DNA of 64,000 nucleotides, from NCBI GenBank assembly GCA_977020255.1, contig CDROCS010000122.1, positions 558,001-622,000 of the forward strand, given 5' to 3'. Positions 41,689 through 52,160 of the stretch are shown piece after piece. This stretch comes from Obrimoposthia wandeli (lineage: Eukaryota). How positions within the stretch are numbered: the stretch's first letter is position 1; each line of letters begins with the position of its first letter. Below the pieces are notes generated by a model. It was given only the letters and a program-made list of their open reading frames with translations, was not told where the DNA came from and did not search any database. The translations under genes were made by a program, and so were the position numbers.

Positions 41689-43368
41689 ATGCTTGCCAAT
41701 ATTAAAAAAACGAAGTTAGCGTTAGCGGTTGTTGCCGCAGCCGCTTCAGTATTAACGGCACCAATTGCCGCTGCCGCTGAACGTAATGAACTAACAATGG
41801 TACCAAAATTTTTTCCTACATTCGTTCGTAACTTTAACCCGTTTCTTCAAAGTCAATTAGATACCGTTCAAGATTTCATCTATGAGCCACTCGTAGTATT
41901 TAATGAGCTGAAAGGTAACGAGCCGGTAATGCGTTTGGCGAAAGACTACTACATGTCTGACGATCTTATGCAGGTGACTTTCGTAATCCGTGATGGGGTA
42001 AAATGGTCTGACGGTGAAGCGTATACAGCTGAAGACGTTGAATTTACGTATAACATGCTGAAAAAATACCCTGAACTTGACCGTACAGGTATTAACCAGC
42101 GCCTGAAATCAGTGACTGCTTCTGGTGATAAAGTTACTTTCGAGCTGACTGAAGCAAACTCGAACGTGCCATACCTGATCAATAAAGTATCAGTTGTTCC
42201 TAAACATATCTGGAGCAAGGTAGAAGATCCTACACGCTTCACCAATGAGAACCCAGTAGGTACCGGTCCATTTACTGAAATCGAAACATTTACCCCGCAG
42301 CTATACACTCAGTGCCGTAACCCTCAATACTGGGATAACAGCAATCTAGATGTTGACTGTCTGCGTTTACCACAAGTTGCTGGTAACGACCAATTCTTGG
42401 GTCAGGTACTAAGCGGTCAGTACGACTGGACATACTCTTTCATCCCTGATGTTGACAGCACTTACGCAGCAGCTAGCCCAGATAATAAATACTGGTACCC
42501 TGCAGGTGGTAGCCAGGCCTTTATATTCAACTACAAATCGCCGAATGCAGGCAACAATGAAGCGATCAACAACGTTGACTTCCGCCGTGCTTTCTCTATG
42601 GCCATCGATCGTGAAACTATCATCGATATCGCATTCTACGGCGGTGGTGTAGTAAACGATTACGCTTCAGGTCTAGGTCAGGCCTTTGAAGCATGGTCAG
42701 ATAAAGCTGTTCATGAGAAGTACAAGCCATTCAATACCTACAATATTAAAGCTGCAAAAGCATTGCTGAAAAAAGCGGGCTTTAAAGATATTGATGGTGA
42801 CGGCTTCGTAGAGACACCAACAGGTAAAAAACTTGATCTAGCAATTCAATCACCAAGTGGCTGGACTGACTTCAACAACACGGTACAGCTCGGTGTAGAA
42901 ATGCTTGAAGAAGTGGGGATCAAAACGGAATCAAGTACCCCTGACTTCTCAATTTACAACCAAGCAATGCTTGATGCTAAATACGATGTTGCTTACACCA
43001 ACTACTTCCACGGTGCAGATCCTTACACCTACTGGGACAGTGCTTATCACTCACGTTTCCAAGCTAACGAAGGCATGCCTCGCTTTGCGCTTCATTACTG
43101 GAAAAATGCAGAGCTAGATAGCCTACTAGACGGTTTCTACAAAACAGCAGACCGTGGTGAGCAAGTTAAGATCGCTCACAAAATCCAAAAGATCATTGCT
43201 GAAAACCAAGTAACAGTACCAGTCATGTCTGGTGCGTACACTTCTCAATACAACACCTCGCGCTTTACGGGCTGGTGGAACGAGAACAACCCGAAAGGCC
43301 GTCCAATGCCTATCACCAACACTCAAGAACGTCTGCTACAAGTACTTGATCTAAAGCCTAAAGCATAA
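41689..43368 (+). CDS. cbp: chitooligosaccharide-binding periplasmic protein (family 5 SBP)
   Basis: 559 aa; signal peptide, FVRNFNPF, WSDGE..TAEDV, GTGPF; first gene of chb operon. Confidence 0.9.
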   Translation: MLANIKKTKLALAVVAAAASVLTAPIAAAAERNELTMVPKFFPTFVRNFNPFLQSQLDTVQDFIYEPLVVFNELKGNEPVMRLAKDYYMSDDLMQVTFVIRDGVKWSDGEAYTAEDVEFTYNMLKKYPELDRTGINQRLKSVTASGDKVTFELTEANSNVPYLINKVSVVPKHIWSKVEDPTRFTNENPVGTGPFTEIETFTPQLYTQCRNPQYWDNSNLDVDCLRLPQVAGNDQFLGQVLSGQYDWTYSFIPDVDSTYAAASPDNKYWYPAGGSQAFIFNYKSPNAGNNEAINNVDFRRAFSMAIDRETIIDIAFYGGGVVNDYASGLGQAFEAWSDKAVHEKYKPFNTYNIKAAKALLKKAGFKDIDGDGFVETPTGKKLDLAIQSPSGWTDFNNTVQLGVEMLEEVGIKTESSTPDFSIYNQAMLDAKYDVAYTNYFHGADPYTYWDSAYHSRFQANEGMPRFALHYWKNAELDSLLDGFYKTADRGEQVKIAHKIQKIIAENQVTVPVMSGAYTSQYNTSRFTGWWNENNPKGRPMPITNTQERLLQVLDLKPKA

Positions 43369-43383
43369 TTTAGGTATTAACTT

Positions 43384-43406
43384 GCGGTGTGCACATTGCG
43401 CACCGC
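43384..43406 (+). other. intercistronic stem-loop after cbp (probable mRNA stabiliser)
   Basis: GCGGTGTGCA-CAT-TGCGCACCGC with weak U tail. Confidence 0.6.
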
Positions 43407-43508
43407 CTCTTTCCCCCACTATTTAAAAGTAATGGCGCTCTGCGTCAGGGGATTTTCTGTCCTGAATCTAGCACAGGGAACAAATGCTGGATGATTAAGG
43501 TGTGAGTT

Positions 43509-44495
43509 ATGGGATTTTTTATACGAAGGCTATCGTTTTATCTGATAGCACTTTTATTTGCGGTGACACTCAACTTTATTTTACCGCGAGCAATGCCTGG
43601 TGATCCGGTAACAATGATGTTCGCTAATGCATCAGTACAGGTAACACCTGAGCGTATCGCAGCAATGAAGCAACTATTGGGCTTTGTCGATGGGCCAATG
43701 CTCTATCAATACTTTATCTACCTCAAAGGAATTCTTTCCTGGGATCTAGGGATCTCTATTCAAACCTTCCCGCAGACCGTGAATGATGTCATGGCTGGAG
43801 CGGTAGGGTGGTCGTTATTCCTTGCAGGTACAGCGGTTATTTTAGCCTTCTGTATAGGTTCGACCCTCGGTATCTTCGCTGCCTGGAAGCGAGGCAGTAA
43901 ATACGATGCCTTCATTTCACCAGGGATGATGGTTATTCAAGCCGTTCCTCCCGTGGTGGTAGCCATGTTGGTGCTGTACACCTTTGCAATCGGTACGAAA
44001 TGGTTCCCTTCTACTTATGCGTACACTCCAGGTACAACACCTGACTGGACCAGTTTTGCATTTATTAAAGATGTGCTCTACCACGCCGTGTTACCTCTAT
44101 TTTGTGCCACTATCATCCAAATCGGCGGCTTCTTGATCAACATGCGTAACAACATGATCAACTTGCTAAATGAAGACTATATCACCATGGCAAAAGGTAA
44201 AGGGCTAAGTGAAAACCGCGTGGTATTCAACTACGCAGCACGAAACGCCCTGCTGCCTAGTGTTACTGCTCTTTCGATGGCACTCGGTCTGGCAATTGGC
44301 GGTCAGCTAATTATCGAGATGATCTTTAACTATCCAGGATTAGGTACAGTCCTGCTTAACGCAATTAACGCGCGTGATTATCAAGTATTGCAAGGCCAGC
44401 TACTTATCATGACCCTATTTATGCTGTTCTTTAACTTCATGGCCGACATCCTCATCGTGGCACTTGACCCTCGCCTACGTAAAGGAGGTAAATAA
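43509..44495 (+). CDS. chitobiose ABC transporter permease (OppB-like)
   Basis: 328 aa; PGDP, EDYITMAKGKGL EAA loop, EMIFNYPGLG. Confidence 0.92.
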   Translation: MGFFIRRLSFYLIALLFAVTLNFILPRAMPGDPVTMMFANASVQVTPERIAAMKQLLGFVDGPMLYQYFIYLKGILSWDLGISIQTFPQTVNDVMAGAVGWSLFLAGTAVILAFCIGSTLGIFAAWKRGSKYDAFISPGMMVIQAVPPVVVAMLVLYTFAIGTKWFPSTYAYTPGTTPDWTSFAFIKDVLYHAVLPLFCATIIQIGGFLINMRNNMINLLNEDYITMAKGKGLSENRVVFNYAARNALLPSVTALSMALGLAIGGQLIIEMIFNYPGLGTVLLNAINARDYQVLQGQLLIMTLFMLFFNFMADILIVALDPRLRKGGK

Positions 44496-44497
44496 TT

Positions 44498-45526
44498 ATG
44501 AAAGGTTTAATTAAGCTACTTTCTGGTAACCCAAAAGCCCTTGCTGGCTTAAGCATTATCGCCCTATTTGTCTTGGCTGCTATTTTTGCTCCTTTTATTA
44601 CCGAGCATGCACCTAACAAAAGGACGGGGAGCCCGCATGAATACCCTGCGTTTGTCGTTAAGGCTGCACAAAATAATCCTGATGGTTGGGTTGCCGAAAA
44701 TCTTGCCGATAACCCTCGTACTTTACGGATGTCAAAAGATGCCGAACACGTACTAGGCACAACTCGACTGGGACGTGATGTTTGGTCGCAAGTTGTGTAC
44801 GGCGCACGTACCTCACTTGCTGTCGGCTTTGGCGCTGGTTTAATGGTGTGCTTTCTGGCAACGCTGGTCGGTGTTTCAGCTGGTTACTTCGGAGGTCGTG
44901 TTGATGACATTCTCTCTGCCGCTATGAACATCATGTTAGTAATACCACAGCTACCCTTATTGTTTGTTCTCGCCGCCTTCATTGGTAAAGCGGGACCTGA
45001 AACCATCGCATTGGTTATCGGGATAACCGCCTGGGCATGGGGGGCGCGTGTCGTTAGAGCACAAACCCTATCAATAAGAGAGAAAGAATTTATTAAAGCC
45101 GCTGAAGTATTAGGTGAATCACGCGTACGCATCATCTTTGTTGAGATATTACCAAACCTTATTTCTATCGTTGGTGCCAGCTTCATCGGCTCTGTCATGT
45201 TGGCAATTATGACCGAAGCAACATTATCGTATCTAGGTCTAGGTGACCCAAGCACTATCAGTTGGGGCATGATGCTGTACAACGTTCAAACATCCTCTTC
45301 GATGCTAGTCGGTGCATGGTGGGAGCTATTAGTACCTTGTATAGCACTCATATTTGTTGCTGTCGGTCTTGCTCTGCTTAACTTTGCGGTAGATGAAATA
45401 GCAAACCCACAACTGCGTTCTCACAAAGGCATGCGACGCTGGGAAAAAATGGAAAAGCAAAATAAAAAAGCACATAAAGCAACACTTAAAGCAGCTCAGC
45501 CAGCCTTTCAGGGAGGAGAACAGTAA
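44498..45526 (+). CDS. chitobiose ABC transporter permease (OppC-like)
   Basis: 342 aa; LGTTRLGRDV, EFIKAAEVLG, ILPN. Confidence 0.92.
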   Translation: MKGLIKLLSGNPKALAGLSIIALFVLAAIFAPFITEHAPNKRTGSPHEYPAFVVKAAQNNPDGWVAENLADNPRTLRMSKDAEHVLGTTRLGRDVWSQVVYGARTSLAVGFGAGLMVCFLATLVGVSAGYFGGRVDDILSAAMNIMLVIPQLPLLFVLAAFIGKAGPETIALVIGITAWAWGARVVRAQTLSIREKEFIKAAEVLGESRVRIIFVEILPNLISIVGASFIGSVMLAIMTEATLSYLGLGDPSTISWGMMLYNVQTSSSMLVGAWWELLVPCIALIFVAVGLALLNFAVDEIANPQLRSHKGMRRWEKMEKQNKKAHKATLKAAQPAFQGGEQ

Positions 45527-46497
45527 TGACTAATCCACAAATCTCCATTCGTAACCTTTGTGTTGACTACATCACAGAAGCTGGCGATGTACGTGCAGTG
45601 AACGACGTCAGCTTTGACATCGGTAAAGGCGAGATATTCGGTTTGGCCGGTGAATCTGGTTGTGGTAAATCAACCGTGGCAATGGCATTAATGCGTCTAC
45701 ATAAGCCACCCGCATTTATTACTGGCGGCGAAGTTATCTTTGACGGTCACGGTGACATTTTAAAACACAGCGAAGCTGATATGACAGCTTTTCGTTGGAG
45801 TCAGATGTCAATGGTTTTCCAAAGTGCCATGAACGCACTTAACCCTGTACTCACACTGGAAGAGCAATTTTGCGACGTGCTAATGCGTCACACTAACATG
45901 AGCCGTAAGCAAGCGATTCGCCGTGCTGAAGGGCTGCTAGAAATTGTTGATATTCACCCGAGTCGTCTACGCGACTACCCACATCAATTCTCGGGTGGTA
46001 TGCGTCAACGTCTAGTAATCGCTATCGCTCTGGCACTGAATCCGAAAATGATCATCATGGATGAGCCAACAACAGCCTTAGATGTTGTGGTACAACGTGA
46101 AATCCTACAAAAAATCTATGCACTAAAAGAAGAATTTGGCTTCTCGATACTATTTATTACCCATGATATATCGCTGATGGTCGAGTTCTCAAATCGTATT
46201 GGCATCATGTATTCCGGTGAACTGATCGAAGTGGCACCATCAAAACAAATACTTGAACAACCTTTCCACCCTTATACCGAAGGACTGGGCAATTCATTCC
46301 CACCACTGACCGGACCTAAAACACGCCTCACCGGCATCCCTGGTAATCCATTGAACTTGTTGGAAATACCTCAAGGTTGCCGTTTTCAAGCGCGCTGTAG
46401 CAAAGCCTATGAAGCCTGTTTCAGCACGCCCACTAAATTGCGCCAACTTGAACCAGGTCGTTTATCAAACTGCCACCTATTCAATAAAAGCAGTTAA
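45526..46497 (+). CDS. chitobiose ABC transporter ATPase (OppD-like)
   Basis: 323 aa; GESGCGKST, FSGGMRQ, IIMDEPT. Confidence 0.94.
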   Translation: MTNPQISIRNLCVDYITEAGDVRAVNDVSFDIGKGEIFGLAGESGCGKSTVAMALMRLHKPPAFITGGEVIFDGHGDILKHSEADMTAFRWSQMSMVFQSAMNALNPVLTLEEQFCDVLMRHTNMSRKQAIRRAEGLLEIVDIHPSRLRDYPHQFSGGMRQRLVIAIALALNPKMIIMDEPTTALDVVVQREILQKIYALKEEFGFSILFITHDISLMVEFSNRIGIMYSGELIEVAPSKQILEQPFHPYTEGLGNSFPPLTGPKTRLTGIPGNPLNLLEIPQGCRFQARCSKAYEACFSTPTKLRQLEPGRLSNCHLFNKSS

Positions 46498-46526
46498 TAA
46501 AAAATAGGAAGTAATTGGGAGGCATT

Positions 46527-47522
46527 ATGAATAAACCTGTTGGACAACCGATTATTGAAGGTAAAAATCTGATTAAAGATTTTGAGGTCAATAGTAACTC
46601 ATTAAAGAAATCCAAGATGCGTGCAATTAATGACGTGTCATTCAAAATGTACAAAAGCCGCGGTTTGGCCGTGGTTGGCGAATCGGGTTCGGGTAAATCG
46701 ACCACCGCTAAAATGATTGCAAAAATGTATCCACCAACAGGAGGGCACATTGAGCATTACGGTCGCGATATTGCAGAGATCACCAAGCATCGTGATTTAA
46801 TGCAGTACCGTCAGGGTGTACAAATGGTATGGCAAGACCCATTTGGTTCACTAAACCCAACCCATACTATTTTTCATCACATTGCTCGACCATTACTGAT
46901 CCATAAAAAAGTATCGCCAAGTAATAAAAAAGAGTTGGAAGAAAAAGTATACAGCTTACTTGAACAGGTTGGGTTAATCCCCCCTAAAGCAACGGCGGAG
47001 AAGTTTCCTCACCAGCTATCAGGCGGTCAACGTCAGCGTGTCAATTTAGCCCGTAATATTGCGGTGGGTGCAGAAGTCGTACTGGCAGATGAACCCACTT
47101 CCATGCTGGATGTTTCTATCCGTGCAGGCGTACTTAACCTAATGGAAGAAATGAAGTTTGAGCGTGAAATGGCGCTGCTTTATATCACTCACGATATTGC
47201 CACAGCTCGTTACATCGCCGAAGACCTTGCCGTTATGTACGTCGGTCACATGGTTGAATGGGGAGATACCGAAGAGATCATTCACGATCCTCAACATCCA
47301 TATACCCAATTGCTTGTATCAGCCGTTCCCGATCCAACTAAATCAATCCATACCAAGTTAAAAGGTAATAAAGGTGAGATCCCATTATGGACACCAGATA
47401 GCCTAGGTTGCCCGTTCGCTGGTCGTTGCACTCAGGCAATGGCTAAATGCCGTGAAAAGATACCAGCAATATCTAAATTATCAGACAACCACTTTGTACG
47501 TTGCTATTTATTCGAACATTAA
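46527..47522 (+). CDS. chitobiose ABC transporter ATPase (OppF-like)
   Basis: GESGSGKST, LSGGQRQ, LADEPT; start at ATG 46527 behind GGAGG. Confidence 0.94.
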   Translation: MNKPVGQPIIEGKNLIKDFEVNSNSLKKSKMRAINDVSFKMYKSRGLAVVGESGSGKSTTAKMIAKMYPPTGGHIEHYGRDIAEITKHRDLMQYRQGVQMVWQDPFGSLNPTHTIFHHIARPLLIHKKVSPSNKKELEEKVYSLLEQVGLIPPKATAEKFPHQLSGGQRQRVNLARNIAVGAEVVLADEPTSMLDVSIRAGVLNLMEEMKFEREMALLYITHDIATARYIAEDLAVMYVGHMVEWGDTEEIIHDPQHPYTQLLVSAVPDPTKSIHTKLKGNKGEIPLWTPDSLGCPFAGRCTQAMAKCREKIPAISKLSDNHFVRCYLFEH

Positions 47523-47563
47523 TCGTATTGAAAATAGTCACTAAGTGACAACTAGGAGGAAAC

Positions 47564-49300
47564 ATGCAGCTGTTAACTAATCATCTTGGTTATGAACGCC
47601 TTGGGGCAAAACAAGCAATATTACAGACACAGTCAGCGCTTGCATTGCATCATGCAGATATTATCTGTTGCCAAAGCGGTCAATCCATAATGCAGCTGCC
47701 CCTTCAGGCCTGTGGTTCGGTTGCACAATGGCATACCGGTGATACCTACTCTATCGATTTCACCGCATTAAATAATTGTGGTGAATATCGTATCCGTGTA
47801 GGTGGCACCGAGTCAGCCTCTTTTCGTGTGGCCGAGGGGCTATTAATGCAAAACACCTTCAGTGATGTTTTACATTATTTTAAATCTCAACGTTGTTCTG
47901 GAATTTACGAATGTGCTGATAAGAAAGTGCCGTTATTCGGCACTAACGAAACCGTTGATGTACATGGTGGTTGGTATGATGCATCAGGTGACGTAAGTAA
48001 ATATTTCAGTCACTTATCTTATGGTAATTATTTAAATCCTCAACAAACACCCATGGTTGTTTGGAACATGCTAACGGCATACGAGGTACTAGAAGACGAA
48101 GATAGTATTGCTGATTTTACTCGTGTTCGTTTAGTCGAAGAAGCGCTTTATGGCGCTGACTTTTTACTGCGAATGCAACATCCGCAAGGCTACTTCTATA
48201 TGACAGTATTCGACAAGTGGAGTAAATCAACAGATCAACGTGAAGTCTGCGCTTTCTCAACCCAAGATGGTCATAAATCTGCGGATTACCAAGCGGGATT
48301 TCGTCAAGGAGCAGGCGTAGCGATTGCTGCTCTAGCAGCGGCGGCACGCTTATCAAATTTAGAGTCAACCTCTCGCATTCCACAGTGTGGTGATATAAAA
48401 ACAGACACGTATTTAGATGCTGCTAAAAAAGGCTATTGGCACCTAAAAGAAATGAATCATCAATATCTCGATAACGGGCAAGAAAATATTATTGATGAAT
48501 ATTGTGCGTTATTAGCATCTGTTGAGTTATATCGTTCTACTCAAGAAAATAACTTCTTAGCTGAAGCTCGAATGTGGGCTGATAAATTAATGGATCGCCA
48601 AATGTCGGATCATAATTTTGCTCACTATTGGGCAGCTAACGATGATGGCAGCCGACCGTACTTTCATGCAGCAGAAGCTGGTTTACCAGCCATAGCCTTA
48701 ATGCAATATTTACAGATTGAAACGCATGCTCAGCGAACTGAGCAATGTCAATCTGTATTGCTCAATGCATTGAATTTCGAGTTATCAATTACCCATGAAG
48801 TGAACAATCCATTTGGTTATCCCCGTCAATACACCAAAGCGGTAAATGGAGACAAACAATCTGCTTTCTTTATGCCACACGAAAATGAAACAGGTTATTG
48901 GTGGCAGGGAGAAAATGCCCGTATTGCATCACTCATTACTATGGCTTATATGGCACAAAACACCATTAATGATAACGAAATAAAAAGCCAATTAATGACC
49001 TATGCCCATCGATTAACTGATTGGATTTTAGGTTTAAATCCATTCGATATGTGCATGCTTGATGGTCATGGTCGTAATAACCCCGACTATCTACCAGAAC
49101 TCGGTTTCAGTAATGCAAAAGGCGGCGTATGTAATGGCATTACTTCCGGCTTTGAAAATGAACAAGGCATAGCATTTAAACCTGAAAAACAAAAGGATGA
49201 CATGCTGCAAAACTGGCGTTGGGGAGAACAATGGATCCCACATGGCGCTTGGTATTTACTGGCGATCACAATGCAATTCAAGGAGCGAAATCATGTTTAG
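47564..49300 (+). CDS. GH9 glycoside hydrolase (exo-beta-glucosaminidase type)
   Basis: 578 aa; DVHGGWYDASGD GH9 motif, WRWGEQW C-terminal motif; chb operon position. Confidence 0.88.
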   Translation: MQLLTNHLGYERLGAKQAILQTQSALALHHADIICCQSGQSIMQLPLQACGSVAQWHTGDTYSIDFTALNNCGEYRIRVGGTESASFRVAEGLLMQNTFSDVLHYFKSQRCSGIYECADKKVPLFGTNETVDVHGGWYDASGDVSKYFSHLSYGNYLNPQQTPMVVWNMLTAYEVLEDEDSIADFTRVRLVEEALYGADFLLRMQHPQGYFYMTVFDKWSKSTDQREVCAFSTQDGHKSADYQAGFRQGAGVAIAALAAAARLSNLESTSRIPQCGDIKTDTYLDAAKKGYWHLKEMNHQYLDNGQENIIDEYCALLASVELYRSTQENNFLAEARMWADKLMDRQMSDHNFAHYWAANDDGSRPYFHAAEAGLPAIALMQYLQIETHAQRTEQCQSVLLNALNFELSITHEVNNPFGYPRQYTKAVNGDKQSAFFMPHENETGYWWQGENARIASLITMAYMAQNTINDNEIKSQLMTYAHRLTDWILGLNPFDMCMLDGHGRNNPDYLPELGFSNAKGGVCNGITSGFENEQGIAFKPEKQKDDMLQNWRWGEQWIPHGAWYLLAITMQFKERNHV

Positions 49301-50180
49301 TCATATTAAATACTATGTGGGCGTTGATGGCGGTGGTACATCTTGTCGTGCACGTATTTGCGACCTAAACGGTAATACTTTAGGTGAAGCAAAAACAGGC
49401 AGTGCCAATATTCTATTAGGTGGTGATATCGCAATGGCTTCTATACAAGATGCCATTGCAACAGCTGCCGCCCAAGCGCAACTATTACCCTCTGATTTTC
49501 AATTGATGTCGGTTGGTCTTGCGCTGGCTGGTGCTGAACAAAAGAGTGCTTGGTATGCCTTTATGGCGCAATCGCATCCTTACGCAACGGTCACTTTAAA
49601 TACCGATGCTTACGGGGCTTGCCTAGGTGCTTGGAATGGTGATGATGGCGCCATTCTAATTGCAGGCACAGGATCATGCGGTATTTTCTTACACAATGGC
49701 GAACAGCACATTGTTGGAGGTCGAGAATTCCCAATTTCAGATCAAGGAGGCGGGGCTGTGATGGGGCTTCGTCTTATTCAGCAAGTATTACTAAGTGCTG
49801 ATGGCATGATTCCTCAAACAGCACTATCTCAGCATGTATTGACGCATTTTAACCATGATATTGACGCGATTGTTAGCTGGTCTAAAACAGCAAGACCTTG
49901 TGATTATGGTCAATTTTCTCCTGCTATTTTTGCTTATGCATCAGAAGGTGATGAGCTTGCGATTTCCATGTTACAGCAAACTGCATCAGATATTTCAATG
50001 TTGATGAATGCCTTAATTCACCGTGGTGCCGATAAAATTTGCTTAATGGGCAGTATTGCCGAACGCATTCATGCTTGGCTAGCTCCCCCTCTTCAACGCC
50101 GTATTGCGACACCTCAAGGTGATGCGATGGATGGTGCTATCGCCATGGCCAAAAGCTCTCACAACCTGTATCCACTTTAA
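49293..50180 (+). CDS. gspK: glucosamine kinase (BadF-type ATPase)
   Basis: VGVDGGGTSCRA, IAGTGS, GGREFPISDQG; start at ATG 49293 behind AGGAG. Confidence 0.85.
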   Translation: MFSHIKYYVGVDGGGTSCRARICDLNGNTLGEAKTGSANILLGGDIAMASIQDAIATAAAQAQLLPSDFQLMSVGLALAGAEQKSAWYAFMAQSHPYATVTLNTDAYGACLGAWNGDDGAILIAGTGSCGIFLHNGEQHIVGGREFPISDQGGGAVMGLRLIQQVLLSADGMIPQTALSQHVLTHFNHDIDAIVSWSKTARPCDYGQFSPAIFAYASEGDELAISMLQQTASDISMLMNALIHRGADKICLMGSIAERIHAWLAPPLQRRIATPQGDAMDGAIAMAKSSHNLYPL

Positions 50181-50189
50181 GAGGTTATT

Positions 50190-52121
50190 ATGAGTTATCG
50201 TGTCGACTTTACCGTAATCAGCAAAACAGAGAATGAATCTCGCTTTGCTCTGACATTACATAACCTTACTGAGCAACCAGTAGATAATTGGTCTCTTCAT
50301 TTTACTATTGGTCGTTGGATCAAATCAGAATCAATCTCTAATGGGTCGATAACACAGCTAGGCAGTTACTGTACTTTATCGCCTAATTCTTCTGAGCAAT
50401 TGGCAGCCAATGGCCATTTTTATACTGAATTTTCAATGGAGACTAGCCCGTTTACATTACATGATGATGGTATTCTCGATGCCTTCCTAGCGATTAATAC
50501 CGATGACCATACCATCATCCCGCGAGCTGTTAAGGTCACTTGCATCGACTTAGGCCAACCCGCAATAGAAAGACTGACAACCCCCTTACCTGCGGCAAAA
50601 GCAATCAATTTAATTCCTGAGCCAAATAAACTGAAAGTATTAGGCGGAGAATTTTCGTTCACTCAACACACCGCGATTACTACACCTAATACGATGGCAC
50701 AAGGTGCTGTTCGCTGGTTACAAAGCGAGTTAGAAAAGCAGTTGCACGATGCACTGCCAATTAACGATAACGGTAATATACATTTTCAATATCACGCCGA
50801 TTTAATAAACGGTGCCTACCATATTCTGGTCGAACAAGATGATGTTTGGCTTCAAGCTAGCACTGAATCAGGCTTTGTGAATGCGGCATCAAGTTTGTTG
50901 CAACTAATACCAATAGCGCCTCGTCACGATGCCTCTGCAGCTTATGCTATTCCCATGGTTGAAATTGAAGACCAGCCTCATTATTCATACCGCGGTATGA
51001 TGCTAGATTGTTCTCGACACTTCCATTCAATCAAACGAATCAAGTACTTAATTGATCAACTGGCTCGCTACAAGTTCAATACTTTCCATTGGCGCCTCAC
51101 CGACGATGAAGGCTGGCGCATCGAAATAGACGCCTACCCTGAACTGACAAACATTGGTGCATGGCGTGGTCCGAATGAAGAGATCCTGCCTCAATTTACC
51201 ACAATAGATCAACGTTACGGCGGCTTTTATAGTAAAGAAGAGGTTCGAGATCTTATTGCTTACGCACATGATCGGGGGATCACCATCATCCCCGAAATCG
51301 ATATTCCTGGGCACTGCCGTGCTGCAATAAAGTCATTACCCACGTTACTTATCGACCCTAATGATCATTCTGTTTATCGCAGTATTCAGGGTTATCCAGA
51401 TAACGTGCTATCACCAGCACTCGACGGTACTTACACATTTATCTCTACGGTATTGAATGAAATTTGTGACTTATTTCCGGCACCATATATTCATATCGGT
51501 GGTGATGAAGTACCAAAGGGAGTGTGGACCGACAGTGAAGCTTGTCAGCAATTAATGCAGCAACACGGATACCAAAACGCAATTGAGCTACAGGGCCATT
51601 TACTTAAATTCGCTGAAGGTATTATTCAAGCAAAAGGCAAGCGAATGATGGGCTGGGAAGAAGTAACCAAAGGCGACAAAGTCAGTAAAGAAACCATCAT
51701 ATTCTCTTGGCAAAACGAAGACGCAGGGGTGATTTCAGCCCAACAAGGCTATGACGTCATCATGCAACCCGCTCAATATACCTATCTCGATTTAGCGCAA
51801 GGATTCTCTGCTGATGAACCCGGTGCCGATTGGGCTGGAAAAGTCCCTCTAGAAACGGTGTATAGCTATCAACCATTTTCTAAATTAAACATTGAGGATC
51901 CAGCACATCAAGGCATCGTCGGTATTCAAGCCGGGTTGTGGTGCGAACTTATCAATAATCAAAGCCGTTTTGAATACATGCTTTTTCCACGCTTATTAGC
52001 AATAGCAGAAGTATGTTGGAGCCAGCCCAAACAACGCAATTGGGATGACTTTAAAGCACGCCTTAAAGGTCAACTCAACTACTTAGATAAAGCGGGCATA
52101 AACTACCGCCGCTGTGATTAA
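50190..52121 (+). CDS. GH20 beta-N-acetylhexosaminidase
   Basis: 643 aa; RGMMLDCSRH, IPEIDIPGH, HIGGDE catalytic pair. Confidence 0.92.
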   Translation: MSYRVDFTVISKTENESRFALTLHNLTEQPVDNWSLHFTIGRWIKSESISNGSITQLGSYCTLSPNSSEQLAANGHFYTEFSMETSPFTLHDDGILDAFLAINTDDHTIIPRAVKVTCIDLGQPAIERLTTPLPAAKAINLIPEPNKLKVLGGEFSFTQHTAITTPNTMAQGAVRWLQSELEKQLHDALPINDNGNIHFQYHADLINGAYHILVEQDDVWLQASTESGFVNAASSLLQLIPIAPRHDASAAYAIPMVEIEDQPHYSYRGMMLDCSRHFHSIKRIKYLIDQLARYKFNTFHWRLTDDEGWRIEIDAYPELTNIGAWRGPNEEILPQFTTIDQRYGGFYSKEEVRDLIAYAHDRGITIIPEIDIPGHCRAAIKSLPTLLIDPNDHSVYRSIQGYPDNVLSPALDGTYTFISTVLNEICDLFPAPYIHIGGDEVPKGVWTDSEACQQLMQQHGYQNAIELQGHLLKFAEGIIQAKGKRMMGWEEVTKGDKVSKETIIFSWQNEDAGVISAQQGYDVIMQPAQYTYLDLAQGFSADEPGADWAGKVPLETVYSYQPFSKLNIEDPAHQGIVGIQAGLWCELINNQSRFEYMLFPRLLAIAEVCWSQPKQRNWDDFKARLKGQLNYLDKAGINYRRCD

Positions 52122-52160
52122 CCACTCACGGACAGTAAACATTTAAAAGGATTAGAAACA

